Shown in pieces: positions 1 to 11,270 of a stretch of DNA of 64,000 nt. Location of the stretch: NCBI GenBank assembly GCA_963718285.1, contig CAVQYU010000001.1:11799-75798 (forward strand), read 5' to 3'. The notes beneath the pieces are model-generated. The model had not been told where the DNA came from and did no database searches. It saw only the letters and a program-made list of their open reading frames with translations. The first letter of the stretch is position 1. Every line of letters begins with the position of its first letter. The DNA is from an uncultured Chloroflexia bacterium (GTDB taxonomy: Bacteria; Chloroflexota; Limnocylindria; Limnocylindrales; CSP1-4). The position numbers were made by a program, and so were the translations under genes.

Positions 1-91
1 TGCTGGCTGCGTTGCTCAACGGGCGCTCGTGCAGCTCGTGCTGGCGCCGGCCATAGGAGCGGCGGCGATGCGACTGGTGGTGCTTGCTCAT
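1..91 (-). CDS. hypothetical protein, 5' part only (occupies the ftsL-like position downstream of rsmH)
   Basis: ATG at 91..89 is preceded by GGAGGAGAGG (reverse complement of 94..110). It reads MSKHHQSHRRRSYGRRQHELHERPL... and runs off the window. The assignment rests on position in the dcw cluster only. Confidence 0.3.
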   Translation of the reverse strand, partial: MSKHHQSHRRRSYGRRQHELHERPLSNAAS

Positions 92-115
92 GGGGTCCTC
101 TCCTCCGGCTGACGG

Positions 116-1071
116 TCAGGCTGCGAGGCGCTCGGCGGCCCGCAGGCGGGCGCTCCGGGCGCGTGGGTTGGCGGCGATCTCGGCCGCGCTGGGGTCAGTC
201 GACGGGCGGGTCACCAGGCGCAGGCGCGGGCGACCGGCCGCAGACGCAGACCGGCAGGCTCGGGCGGGCAGATGCAGCCCCGCCGCTCGGCCTGGAGGAA
301 GCGCTTGACGATCCGGTCCTCGAGCGAGTGGTAGCTCAGGACGACGAGCCGGCCACCGGGCCGGAGCAGGTCGACGGCGGCCGCGAGCGCCGTCCTGGAG
401 CGCGTCGAGCTCCGCGTTGACCGCGATCCGGAGCGCCTGGAAGACGCGCGTCGCCGGGTGGATCCGGCGCCGGCCGGGGGGCCGCCGGGCGCGACGCGGG
501 CGATGAGCTCGGCCAGCTCCTCGGCGGTGCGATCGGGGTGCGGCCCGGCCGGCCGACGATCGCCCGGGCGATCCGGCCGCCGTACGGCTCCTCGCCATAG
601 CGCCGGAAGAGCGCGGTCAGCTCGGCGGCGTCGAGGGTCGCGAGCAGCTCCGCCGCCGGGACGCCGCGGCTCGGGTCGAAGCGCATGTCGAGCGGCCCGC
701 CGGTCCGGAAGCCGAAGCCGCGATCGTGATCGGCGAGCTGGTAGCTCGACAGGCCGAGGTCGAAGAGGCAGGCCGTCGACCTGCCCGAAGCCGGCCTCGG
801 GGGCCACCGTCGGCGAGCTCCCGGAAGTTGGCCTGGCGGAGGACGAGGCGCTCGCCGAAGCGCGGGCCAGGCGCGCCCCGACCCTGGCGATGGCGCGCCG
901 GGTCGGCGTCGAGACCGAGCAGCCGGCCGTCAGGGCGCGGGCGCCTCCAGGATCCGTCGGCGTGGCCGCCACCGCCCAGGGTCGCGTCGACCTGGAGGCT
1001 GCCGGGCGCCGGCGCGAGCATCGCGACGACCTCGTCGACGCATCACCGGCAGGTGCCCGCCGGAGGCTCAC
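116..1071 (-). pseudogene. rsmH: 16S rRNA (cytosine1402-N4)-methyltransferase RsmH, frameshifted as assembled
   Basis: RsmH hallmarks lie in three different minus-strand frames: [10 protein letters not shown] (ORF 617..1021), [20 protein letters not shown] and NPRARSARLRAAERL (ORF 116..598), and [23 protein letters not shown] (ORF 211..1071). It lies directly downstream of mraZ. At least 3 frame changes. Confidence 0.85.
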
Positions 1072-1131
1072 CCCCGGCTCGCTGGCTGGATCCGAGGGAT
1101 CCGGGACGCGCGTGGAGTCCAGCCGCGCGGC

Positions 1132-1560
1132 TCAGATCCCGAGCCCGCTCAGGTGTTCGGCCATGGCCTCCGGGGCGTCCATCGCCTGGCGGTAGACGTC
1201 CCAGCGTTCGGGCGCCCAGATCTCGGCGTGGTCGCGGGCCCCGACGACGACCGCGTCGGTGGTCAGGCCGGCGGCCTCGCGCAGGCTGGCCGGCAGCACG
1301 ACCCGGCCCTGGCGGTCGGGCTCGACCTCGTACGCGCTGGCGAACAGGGTCCGGCTGAAGGTGCGGGCGTTCGCGTCGCCGATCGGCAGGCTGCCGACCT
1401 TGTCCGCCAGCTCCTCCCAGGCGGAGCGCGGGAAGATCGCCAGGCAGGCATCGAGCCAGCGGGCCACGTATGCGCCGCCCTCGAGCTGGACGCGGAACTT
1501 CGCGGGGACCGCGATTCGTCCCTTGTCGTCCACCGAGTGCCGGTACTCGCCGGTGAACAC
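1132..1560 (-). CDS. mraZ: transcriptional regulator MraZ
   Basis: VFTGEYRHSVDDKGRIAVPAKFR... followed by a second ...RQGRVVLPASLR half shows the duplicated MraZ/SpoVT-AbrB fold. GTG at 1560 gives the family-typical 'MFxGxxxxxxDxKGR' N-terminus and about 143 aa. The longer track ORF (to 1644) would start inside the operator. Confidence 0.9.
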   Translation of the reverse strand: MFTGEYRHSVDDKGRIAVPAKFRVQLEGGAYVARWLDACLAIFPRSAWEELADKVGSLPIGDANARTFSRTLFASAYEVEPDRQGRVVLPASLREAAGLTTDAVVVGARDHAEIWAPERWDVYRQAMDAPEAMAEHLSGLGI

Positions 1561-1640
1561 CGTTCGGGTTTCCCTGTCGTCTGCGCTGTGAAGGCGGACC
1601 GTGCTGCTGCGGGGATCGTCCCGATCAATGGGATTGTTCC

Positions 1641-1700
1641 CCACTTGACACCACTTTGTGCCACTTCGGCGTACTATAGCGGCCGACGGGGATCCGTCAA
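1641..1700 (-). promoter_or_regulatory. mraZ/dcw promoter (TTGACG-16 nt-TATAGT) with three MraZ boxes
   Basis: On the minus strand: TTGACG (1700..1695), a 16-nt spacer, TATAGT (1678..1673), then gAAGTGGcacaAAGTGGtgtcAAGTGGgg. On the plus strand this is CCACTT at 1641, 1651 and 1661, an exact 10-bp period. Confidence 0.6.
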
Positions 1701-1748
1701 TGCGGATTTCGACACGAAGGACGGCGCGGCGGCAGTACTTTCCGCTCG

Positions 1749-2093
1749 TTGAAGGCCGCGTCGGGCAGTGCTAGGGTCAACTCCAGGCGGGCCGAATGGC
1801 CGGCCGGAGCGAGGCAGGGTGGAGGGACGGCGAGCTCAGATGGCGATTCAGCTGCCCATGGCGCCGCCCGAGGCCGTCCTCGAGGCCGAGCCGTCTCACC
1901 TGGCAAAGGCCCGGATCCGGCGCTGCACCTACCGCCGGCTGATCGCGGTCATCGCGCCCGCGAGCGGATCTACGAGGTCGAGTGCCTGTTCCCCGAGCGG
2001 AAGGTGCCGATCCCCCTGGGCGACCTCGAGTCGGCCATGCCGATCTGCAACGCGTGCACGGCGCCGCACATCTTCCGTCCCGACGAGGACTGA
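1749..2093 (+). CDS. possible small Cys-containing protein; only the C-terminal ~45 codons look protein-like
   Basis: The tail ...RIYEVECLFPERKVPIPLGDLESAMPICNACTAPHIFRPDED has coding-like composition and a CxxC. The upstream part is Arg/Gly/Ala noise, and a second frame (1768..) competes with it, so the start or frame is unresolved. Confidence 0.2.
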   Translation: MKAASGSARVNSRRAEWPAGARQGGGTASSDGDSAAHGAARGRPRGRAVSPGKGPDPALHLPPADRGHRARERIYEVECLFPERKVPIPLGDLESAMPICNACTAPHIFRPDED

Positions 2094-2118
2094 CGGCGCG
2101 CCACCGGCCGGTCGGGAA

Positions 2119-2466
2119 GGCGCCAGCGAGGCGGCCTGTAAGCCGAGTTCTGTGCCGCGATCGCCGCGGCGACGGTCATCCATCTCGACCGCCGGTCGCC
2201 CGACGGCTCATGCAGCCGACCCGAGGGCTGGGCAGCGCACCTCTCCCCCCGGCGAACCGGGGTTGCGCCCTCCTATTTGGCCTTGCTCCGGGTAGAGTTT
2301 GCCGCGTTTCACTCCGGCCCCGAAGGGCCGGCATCGTCACTGTGGCACTGGTCCTCGCCTCGCGGCGGACGGGCGTTACCCGCTACCCTGCGCTGTGGAG
2401 CTCGGACTTTCCTCAGCGGCCGCCGGGTGACCCGCCGCGCGACCGTCCGGCCGCCTCGCTGGCCCG
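2119..2466 (-). ncRNA. rnpB: RNase P RNA, bacterial type A
   Basis: The reverse complement contains GAGGAAAGUCCGAGCUCCACAGCGCAGGGUAGCGGGUAACGCCCG, ACCCGGAGCAAGGCCAAAUAGG and ACAGAACUCGGCUUACAGG. These match the conserved RNase P RNA core (compare E. coli M1 RNA). A 14-bp P1 helix closes 2449..2462 with 2123..2136. Confidence 0.9.
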
Positions 2467-2514
2467 CGGTATGCTACGCCGCGACCGCTGAGGTCCCCGC
2501 GGGTCCGACCCGGC

Positions 2515-3027
2515 CTACGGCCGCGTCGGGCCGCCGGACGACGACCGGCGGGCCGCCGGCCCGGACCCGGTCGAGCGCCTCGTTGGCCAGCGCGTCGGCG
2601 GCCGAGTTCTGGGCCCGCGGCACGTGCGTCGCCGACCAGCGCGTGAACCCGCCGAGCGACGCCCGGACCTCGGCCCACAGCGGCGCAGCTTGCGTCCTTG
2701 ACCCGCCAGCGGCCGTGCAGCTGCTCGACGATCAGCTTCGAGTCCAGGAACAGGTCGACCTCTGTCGCGCCCCGAGCCGCGGGCGAGCTCGAGCGCCCGC
2801 ACGACGCCCGTCTACTCGGCGACGTTGTTGGTCTGGATGCCGAGCGCCTCGGAGATCGTGGCGTCGGGCCGGGCCGGCGGGTCGCAGGGCGTCCGGGCCG
2901 CGCGCCCGTCGATCAGGGCCGCGCCCGAGCGACGCCGGCCCGGGATTGCCGCGGGCCGCGCCGTCGGTCCGGATGATCAGGTGCCGGTCGACCGGGACGT
3001 CGTCCGGCTCGCCCGTCGACCAGGCCG
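2515..3027 (-). pseudogene. RNase H family protein, frameshifted as assembled and with an in-frame TAG
   Basis: Minus-strand pieces fit RNase HI-type domains: HLIIRTDGAARGNPGPAS, GIQTNNVAE(TAG)TGVVRALELA, VDLFLDSKLIVEQLHGRWRVKD, PLWAEVRASLGGFTRWSATHVPRAQNSAADALANEA. Frame changes occur at G runs. The start is not resolved. Confidence 0.7.
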
Positions 3028-3030
3028 CGC

Positions 3031-3736
3031 TCAGGCGCGTCGCTCCACGATCGCCGCCGACACCTCGAGGATCGCCTGGGTGATGTGGATCCCGCGCGGG
3101 CAGGCGTCGGTGCAGTTGAAGATCGTCCGGCAGCGCCACACGCCGTCCTTGTCGGCGAGGATCTCGAGCCGCTCCTCGGCGCCCGTCGTCGCGGGTGTCG
3201 AAGATGAACCGGTGGGCGTTCACGATCGCCGCCGGCCCGACGTACGCGGGCTGCGCCCAGAACGACGGGCACGACGACGTGCAGGCGGCGCACAGGATGC
3301 ACTTGGTGGTGTCGTCGAAGCGCGGCCCGGTCCGCGGGCGACTGGCGCCGCTCGCGCGTCGGGCACGGGCCAGTCGTCGTGAGCAGGTACGGCTGGACGC
3401 TCCGGTACTTGGCGAAGAACCCCTCCATGTCGACGACGAGGTCCTTGATCACCGGCAGCCCGGGCAGCGGCGCGACGGTGATCCGCGTCGGCCCAGCTGG
3501 TCGACCCGGATCTTGCAGGCCAGCCGGTTGCGGCCGTTGATCAGCATCGCGTCCGAGCCGCAGACGCCGTGCGCGCACGAGCGGCGGAAGGTCAGCGTGC
3601 CGTCCTGCTCGTACTTGACCTTGTGGAGCAGGTCGAGCACGCGGTCCATCGGCTCGGCCTCGACCGAGTAGCGCTCCCAGTGCGGCTTCGCGTCGTGCTC
3701 GGGGTCGTAGCGGAGGATGCGCAGCTCGACCTGCAT
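3031..3736 (-). pseudogene. sdhB: succinate dehydrogenase/fumarate reductase iron-sulfur subunit, frameshifted as assembled
   Basis: The N-terminus is MQVELRILRYDPEHDAKPHWERYSVEAEPMDRVLDLLHKVKYEQDGTLTFRRSCAHGVCGSDAMLINGRNRLACK. Later pieces lie in other frames: LPGLPVIKDLVVDMEGFFAKYRSVQPYLL, and AHRFIFDTRDD continuing to CPRGI. Confidence 0.85.
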
Positions 3737-3753
3737 GCGTCGACGTCCGCCGC

Positions 3754-5516
<1,763 letters not shown>

Positions 5517-5524
5517 CGCCGTGC

Positions 5525-5933
5525 TCACGGCGCCGGCGACTCGGGCAGCGTCGCGACCACGATCGTGCCCATCGCGAACAGGCACGAGCGCCGAGGGTAG
5601 AGAGCCAGTCGTCAGCGCCGTCCGGACGCCGCCCTGCGTGTAGTCGCCGGACGACGGTCCGCATGCCCATGAACGCGTGGAACATGACGAACGTCAGCAT
5701 CAGCCAGTCGATCGTCCGCCAGAACGATGTTGCTCCAGCGGACGTCGGCGATCCACTCGGCGTTCTGGTCCGCCGGGTCGTACAGGAAGTGCATGATCAG
5801 GTAGTGGCGAGCGCCAGGACGAACAGGCCCAGGCCGGTCAGCCGCATGCGGTACCAGATGGCGAGCTCCAGCCGCGGCCCCTGGCGGCTTGGCCGGACGC
5901 TGCCGGTCACGCGCGAGTAGCGCTGGACGTCAT
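5525..5933 (-). pseudogene. sdhD: succinate dehydrogenase membrane anchor subunit (SdhD-like), frameshifted as assembled
   Basis: Hydrophobic pieces lie between sdhC and sdhA: LAIWYRMRLTGLGLFVL, MHFLYDPADQNAEWIADVRWSN and [21 protein letters not shown]. Boundaries are approximate. Confidence 0.55.
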
Positions 5934-6390
5934 CGGCGGCTGCCCGATGCCCGAAGACCGGCTGAGCATGATCTGGACGCGACCGGGATGCCGACGATCA
6001 CGAACAGGACCCAGTGGCGTACCACAGCTGGCGGTGGTAGCGGGTCATCGCCGGCCAGAAGTCCATGATGATGATCCGCAGGCCGTTGAGCGCGTGGTAC
6101 AGGAGGGCCGCGCCGAGCAGCGCCTCCAGACGCGCCCGATCGGGCTGGCGTAGATCTGCAGGACGTCGTCGTAGGCGCTCGGGTTCGGCGCCGACCAGCC
6201 AGATGTCGATGACGTGGAGGATGACGAAGACCCAGATCGCGACGCCCGAGATCCGGTGGAACGCCCAGGCGAGCATCCCTTCGCTGCCGCGGTACCGGAT
6301 CAGCACGGATCCTCCCTGGCGAACGGCCGACGGTGGCCGGATGACCGGGCAGCCGTCGAACGGGCTCGACCAGCCTCCCGGGACCTTCAT
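5934..6390 (-). pseudogene. sdhC: succinate dehydrogenase cytochrome b subunit (SdhC-like), frameshifted as assembled
   Basis: RYRGSEGMLAWAFHRISGVAIWVFVILHVIDIWLVGAEP, then a shifted stretch, then LLGAALLYHALNGLRIIIMDFWPAMTRYHRQLWY. It is the first gene of the minus-strand sdh operon. Start and stop are uncertain. Confidence 0.6.
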
Positions 6391-6808
6391 TCTAGCCCGA
6401 TCACGATCGGCGCCTCGAGCCACGCGCCCGCGTGGCCGGCGCCTGCGACTGAACCGGCGCCCAGGCCTGCGACTGGACAATGTTGCTTGCGGTAGGACAA
6501 AACGGCCGTTTCACTCGCAGCTGACGCCGGGCGACCCGCTCGGCCGGGACAATTCATCCCGGGGCACGCTCAGGCGGGGATGAATCCGTGGGTCGGGCGC
6601 GCCAGTCCAGGGTCGAAGCGGGCCGAAACCGCCCGTTTGTCGCGTGGGGAACGGACAAGTGTCCTCCCGCCGAGGGCCGTTCGTGAGGATGTCCCTCCCA
6701 GAGGCGAGAACGCCCCCAAGGACCACCCGCGCGGCACGGCCAGCCCGGTCGGCGGGCGCGCGGTACCATCGACCCCCGCCCGACCCGATCCGAGGAGAGC
6801 CGAGCCGC

Positions 6809-8034
6809 GTGAAGATCCAGGAAGCCGACGCGAAGGGGCTGCTGCTCGCCCAGGGCCTGCCCGGTGCCGCCCTGGGAGGTGGTCCGCAGCGTGCCCGAGG
6901 CGCGCCTGGCGGCCGAGCGGGCGTTCGCCGCCGGTGCCGCGCCTGGTCGTGATCAAGGCCCAGGTCCTCGTCGGCGGCCGGGGCAAGGCCGGCGGCGTCA
7001 AGGTTGCCCGCGATGCGGCCGAGGCCGAGGACGTCGCCGCCACGATCCTGGGCCTCGAGATCAAGGGCATCCCGGTCCGCAAGCTGCTGGTCGGGCCGGC
7101 CGCCGACATCGTCCAGGAGTATTACCTCGGCGCGATCCTCGACCGGGCCAGCCGCCGGATCGTGGTCATGGCCTCGGCCGAAGGCGGGGTCGAGATCGAG
7201 GAGGTCGCCCGGGTCAACCCGGCCGCGATCCACCGGCTGGCGGCTCACCCTCACCTGGGCCTGCTCGACTGGCAGGCTCGCCAGCTGGCCTTCGCGGTCG
7301 GCCTGGGCGGCGCCCAGCTGGCCGAGTTCGTGCGAATCGCCCAGGGCCTGGTGGCGACGATGCTGGCCAACGATGCCGACCTGGTCGAGGTCAATCCCCT
7401 GGCCGTGATCCGCGAGACCGGCCCGGACGGCCGCCCGGTCGAGCGCCTGGCCTGCCTCGACGCCAAGATCACCCTCGACGACTCGGCCCTGTTCCGGCAC
7501 CCCGGGCTCGAGGCGCTGCGCGACCTCGACGAAGAGGATCCGGTCGATCGCGAAGCCCGCGAGGACGGCATCAGCTTCATCAAGCTCGATGGCTCGATCG
7601 GCTGCATGGTCAACGGGGCCGGCCTGGCCATGACCACGATGGACCTGGTCAAGCGGGCCGGCGGCCAACCGGCGAACTTCCTCGATATCGGCGGCGGTGC
7701 CCGGGCCGACAAGGTGGCGGCCGCGATGGCCCTGATCCTGGCCGACCCCCAGGTCACCGCGATCCTGGTCAACATCTTCGGCGGGATCACCCGCGGCGAC
7801 GAGGTCGCCATGGGCCTGATCGAGGCCCGGGCCGTCCAGTCCCGGGTGGTCCCGATGGTGGTCCGAATCGTCGGCACGAACGCCGAGGAGGCCGCGGCCC
7901 TGCTCGAGGCCAATCACTTCGCGACGGCCGTCAGCCTTGACGATGCGGCGGCCAAGGCGGTCGCCGCCGCCCTTGCTGCTGCCGGCTCCACGCTCCCGGC
8001 TGGCGCCGCGCCGCCGGCCGAACCCGGCCGATGA
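6809..8034 (+). pseudogene. sucC: succinyl-CoA synthetase beta subunit; N-terminal ~50 codons frameshifted, rest intact
   Basis: GTG at 6809 follows [26 protein letters not shown] and [20 protein letters not shown] lie in two other frames, then a continuous stretch runs [21 protein letters not shown]...[14 protein letters not shown]...[14 protein letters not shown]. Confidence 0.9.
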
Positions 8035-8916
8035 GCATCCTGGTCGGGCACGACACCCGCCTCGTCGTCCAGGGCATCACGGGGCGCGAGGGTGACTTCC
8101 ATGCCCGGGCGATGCTCGAGTACGGCACCCCGCTGGTGGCCGGCGTCACCCCCAACAAGGGTGGCCAGATGGCCGTCGACGGGCGGGTGCCCGTGTTCAA
8201 CACGGTGGCCGATGCCGTCCGCGAAACCGGCGCGAACACCTCCTGTATCTACGTGCCCGCGGCCGGTGCGCCGGACGCCGTGCTCGAGGCGGTCGGGGCG
8301 GGCATCGCCACGATCTTCTGCATCACCGAGGGCATTCCCGCCCTCGACATGCTCAGGGTGGTCGAGGTCGTCCGGATGGCCGGCGCCCGCCTGATCGGCC
8401 CCAACTGCCCGGGCGCCACCTCGCCCGGCCGGGCCAAGGTCGGGATCATCCCGGGCTCGGTCCACCGCGAGGGCAGCGTCGGGGTCGTGTCCCGCTCCGG
8501 CACCCTGACCTACGAGGCCGTCCAGGCGATGACCGATGCCGGGATCGGCCAATCGACCTGCGTCGGGATCGGCGGCGATCCGATCATCGGCACGACCTTC
8601 CTCGACGTCCTCCAGCTGTTCGCGGCGGATCCCGAGACCCGAGGCGATCGTGCTGATCGGCGAGATCGGCGGCTCGGCCGAGGAGGAGGCCGCGGCTTGG
8701 GCCGGCGAGCACCTGCGCGACGTGCCGATGGCCGCCTTCATTGCCGGCCGGACCGCGCCCGAGGGCCGCCGGATGGGCCACGCCGGGGCGATCATCTCGG
8801 GCGGCTCGGGCAGCGCGGCCGACAAGATCGCCGCCCTCGAGGCGGCCGGGATCCAGGTGGCCGGCTCGCCGACCGAGATCCCGGCCCTCCTGCGCGCCGC
8901 CGGGCACCGGGACTGA
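8031..8916 (+). pseudogene. sucD: succinyl-CoA synthetase alpha subunit, one frameshift near 8640
   Basis: [25 protein letters not shown]...[10 protein letters not shown]...[10 protein letters not shown], then in the frame of ORF 8536..8916: [18 protein letters not shown]...[33 protein letters not shown] overlap with sucC. Confidence 0.9.
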
Positions 8917-8924
8917 GCCGGCCG

Positions 8925-9425
8925 ATGCGCCCAGCCGAGATCCTGTTCCTGTTCGATTACGACCGCTGGGCGACCGGCCAGATCCTGGACGCCAGCCTCG
9001 AGCTGTCCGAGGACGAATGGTCGGCCGAGTCGGTCATCGGCGAGCGGGGCATCGGCGGGATCCTCGTCCACGCCCTGGGTGCCCACGAGCGCTGGCGGTC
9101 GGGCTTCGAGGGCCGGCCCCGGCTGGCTCTCCGCGAAGAGGCGGCCCTGCCCAGCCAGGACGAGCTGCGCGAGGCCTGGGAGAGCGAGTGGCTGGCGATC
9201 CGGGCCTTCATCGAGCAGCTCGACGAAGACCGCCTCGACTCGACCTACAACGATGCACCGCTGTGGCAGGCGATGGTCCAGCTGGTCAACCACGGCACCC
9301 AGCATCGCAGCGAGGCGGCCGTCATCCTGACCGCCGCGGGCGACTCGCCCGGCGACCTCGACATCGTCCGGTTCTCATTCGAGCGGGCGCACGGCCTCGA
9401 AGAGGCCCGGTCGGTGGCCGAATGA
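8925..9425 (+). CDS. DinB-family (DUF664-like) protein, paralog 1
   Basis: [22 protein letters not shown]...[12 protein letters not shown]...[20 protein letters not shown] shows the His-triad pattern of the DinB/YfiT fold. In the track it is fused to sucD (ORF 8031..9425) only because of the sucD frameshift. Confidence 0.8.
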   Translation: MRPAEILFLFDYDRWATGQILDASLELSEDEWSAESVIGERGIGGILVHALGAHERWRSGFEGRPRLALREEAALPSQDELREAWESEWLAIRAFIEQLDEDRLDSTYNDAPLWQAMVQLVNHGTQHRSEAAVILTAAGDSPGDLDIVRFSFERAHGLEEARSVAE

Positions 9426-9904
9426 ACCTGGCCGACCTGGGCTTCCTGTTCGCCTATGAGCGCTGGGCGATGGAACGCGTCCTGGCTGCCTGCGTTGGGA
9501 TCGACGAGGCCACCTGGTCGAGCCCGAACGCGATCGGCGATCGAGGGCTCGGAGGCATCCTGGTCCACACCCTTGGTGCCCACCAGCGCTGGCGGCACGG
9601 CCTGGCCCGGGGGTCCGAATCGCCCCGGCCGGAGCGCGAGCCGCTGCCTTCCGTGGGCGCGCTCACGGCGGCCTGGGCCGCCGAGCTCGATGCCATGGAC
9701 GGCTGGCTGGCCGGCCTGGACGAGGCGACCGTGCTGAGCGTCGAGGACGAGGCCCCGTTCTGGCAGTACCTCGCCCACCTGGCCAATCACGGCACCCAGC
9801 ACCGGAGCGAGGCGGCCGTCCTGTTGACCGCGGCCGGCCACTCGCCGGGCGACCTGGACATGATCGACTACATCGAGGAGCGGGCCGCGCCCGGCCGCGC
9901 TTGA
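9422..9904 (+). CDS. DinB-family (DUF664-like) protein, paralog 2
   Basis: [21 protein letters not shown]...[13 protein letters not shown]...[20 protein letters not shown]. It is collinear with the upstream paralog, with an ATGA start/stop overlap. Confidence 0.8.
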   Translation: MNLADLGFLFAYERWAMERVLAACVGIDEATWSSPNAIGDRGLGGILVHTLGAHQRWRHGLARGSESPRPEREPLPSVGALTAAWAAELDAMDGWLAGLDEATVLSVEDEAPFWQYLAHLANHGTQHRSEAAVLLTAAGHSPGDLDMIDYIEERAAPGRA

Positions 9905-10407
9905 GCACGATGATGGACCTCGTGGCGGGCGTCCAGCGGGACATCCTGACCGCGATCGCCACCGATGACCTGGCCGGCCTGTCCGACCGGCGCCGCTTCG
10001 CTGCGCACCTCGGCCTGGGAGCCGGCCTCGACCCGACCTGGCTGGACCTGTTCAGCGAGGCCGTCCGTAGCGTGACCGACTCCGACCAGCCCCAGGACTT
10101 CCTGGACGCCCGGCGCGAGCTCGATTCGGTCGAGGCGGGCGGCCCGGGCGATGGCGGCAGCCTGGGCGATCAGTTCCAGGAGCGAACGATCGAACGAGTG
10201 GACCCGCGCTGGGTCGAGGCAGTCGCCCGGCTCGAGGATCTCGAGATCGACCGGGTCGCCGGCCGTTGGATCGACCTCCTCAACGAGGAGCTGGGCGACC
10301 TGCCGCGCGAGGAGAAGCCCTGGATCCGGCAGATGGCCGGCGACCTCGTGGCCTTCTGCCGGGCCGCGCGCCAGGCCCCCGACATCCTGTTCGCCTGGTC
10401 GCTCTGA
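9901..10407 (+). CDS. hypothetical protein
   Basis: Intact 168-codon ORF with an acidic, non-repetitive composition. It overlaps the preceding stop by 4 nt. I do not recognise a family. Confidence 0.5.
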   Translation: MSTMMDLVAGVQRDILTAIATDDLAGLSDRRRFAAHLGLGAGLDPTWLDLFSEAVRSVTDSDQPQDFLDARRELDSVEAGGPGDGGSLGDQFQERTIERVDPRWVEAVARLEDLEIDRVAGRWIDLLNEELGDLPREEKPWIRQMAGDLVAFCRAARQAPDILFAWSL

Positions 10408-11198
10408 GCGCCGACCCGGTTCTTCGCCTGGGCGGGGTCGGCGTCCGCCGCGACGGACGCTGGATCCTCGATTCGATCGACTGGACCGTCGACCCGGGAG
10501 GGCGCTGGGCCGTGGTCGGAGCGAACGGCTCGGGCAAGACCACCTTGCTGCGGGTGGCCAGCACCTACCTGTGGCCCAGCCGGGGCAGGGTCGAGGTCCT
10601 GGGCGAGACGATCGGCCGGACCGACGCCCGCGAGCTTCGCCGCCGGATCGGCTACGTCAGCGCGGCCCTGGCCGCCGAGGTGGATCCTGCCCTGTCGGCG
10701 CTCGATGTCGTGATGACCGCCCGCCAGGCGGCCCTGGCGCCATGGTGGGCCGTGTTCGAGGCGGCCGATCGAGACCTCGCGGCGTCCAGCCTGGCGCGTC
10801 TGGGCCTGGCCGGCTTCGAGGCGCGCCGGTTCGGCAGCCTGTCGTCGGGCGAGCGCGGCCGGGTCCTGATCGCGCGAACCCTGATGACCGAGCCAGAGCT
10901 GCTCCTGCTCGACGAGCCGGCGGCCGGGCTCGACCTTGGCGGGCGCGAGGACCTCGCCGGGCGGCTGACCGCCCTCGCCGCCGGAGACCTGCCGGCCATC
11001 GTCCTGGTGACCCATCACCTCGAGGAGATCCCGGCGGGCTTCGACCGCGCCCTCGTCCTGGCCGGCGGCCGGATCCGGGCAGCCGGCCCGATCGAGGAGG
11101 TCCTGACCGGCCCGATCCTGTCGGCTGCGTTCGGCCTGCCCCTCGCGGTCGAGGTTCGGGCCGGCCGCTTCAGCGCCCGGGCTGACGGCCAACGCTGA
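10404..11198 (+). CDS. ABC transporter ATP-binding protein with no adjacent permease
   Basis: Walker A GANGSGKTTLL, signature LSSGERGRVLIA, Walker B LLLLDEPAAGLD, H-loop LVTHH. No canonical start codon is visible at the expected position, so the start is approximate. Confidence 0.8.
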   Translation: MSADPVLRLGGVGVRRDGRWILDSIDWTVDPGGRWAVVGANGSGKTTLLRVASTYLWPSRGRVEVLGETIGRTDARELRRRIGYVSAALAAEVDPALSALDVVMTARQAALAPWWAVFEAADRDLAASSLARLGLAGFEARRFGSLSSGERGRVLIARTLMTEPELLLLDEPAAGLDLGGREDLAGRLTALAAGDLPAIVLVTHHLEEIPAGFDRALVLAGGRIRAAGPIEEVLTGPILSAAFGLPLAVEVRAGRFSARADGQR

Positions 11199-11270
11199 AC
11201 GCCTCGTTCGGCGCTCGGTCCCGGTTCGGCCAAATCGTTCCTTGGTGACGGAACGGCCGCTGAGCGGCGG

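Noticed and set aside
2811-2813. The TAG codon in the RNase H gene as programmed recoding (pyrrolysine or stop-codon reassignment).
   Set aside because: TAG serves as an ordinary stop for other well-supported genes in the window (for example parB at 19374..19376 and galT at 29479..29481). No Pyl machinery is visible, and the gene also carries several indels.
6511-9305. Long minus-strand ORFs (6511..7917, 468 aa; 7914..9305, 463 aa) antisense to sucC, sucD and the DinB genes.
   Set aside because: They translate to Arg/Gly/Asp/Pro/Ala-dominated low-complexity text with no motifs and lie opposite well-supported genes. These are typical shadow ORFs of high-GC DNA. The same applies to 27866..28978, 30623..32098, 36150..37778, 46065..47852, 48054..49850, 49462..51282, 55190..57667, 58140..59447 and 59461..61224.
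8031-9425. A 464-aa ORF that looks like a SucD-DinB fusion protein.
   Set aside because: The middle ~95 codons are Arg/Gly noise. The true SucD C-terminus lies in ORF 8536..8916, and the DinB gene has its own ATG at 8925. The fusion is an artefact of one frameshift.
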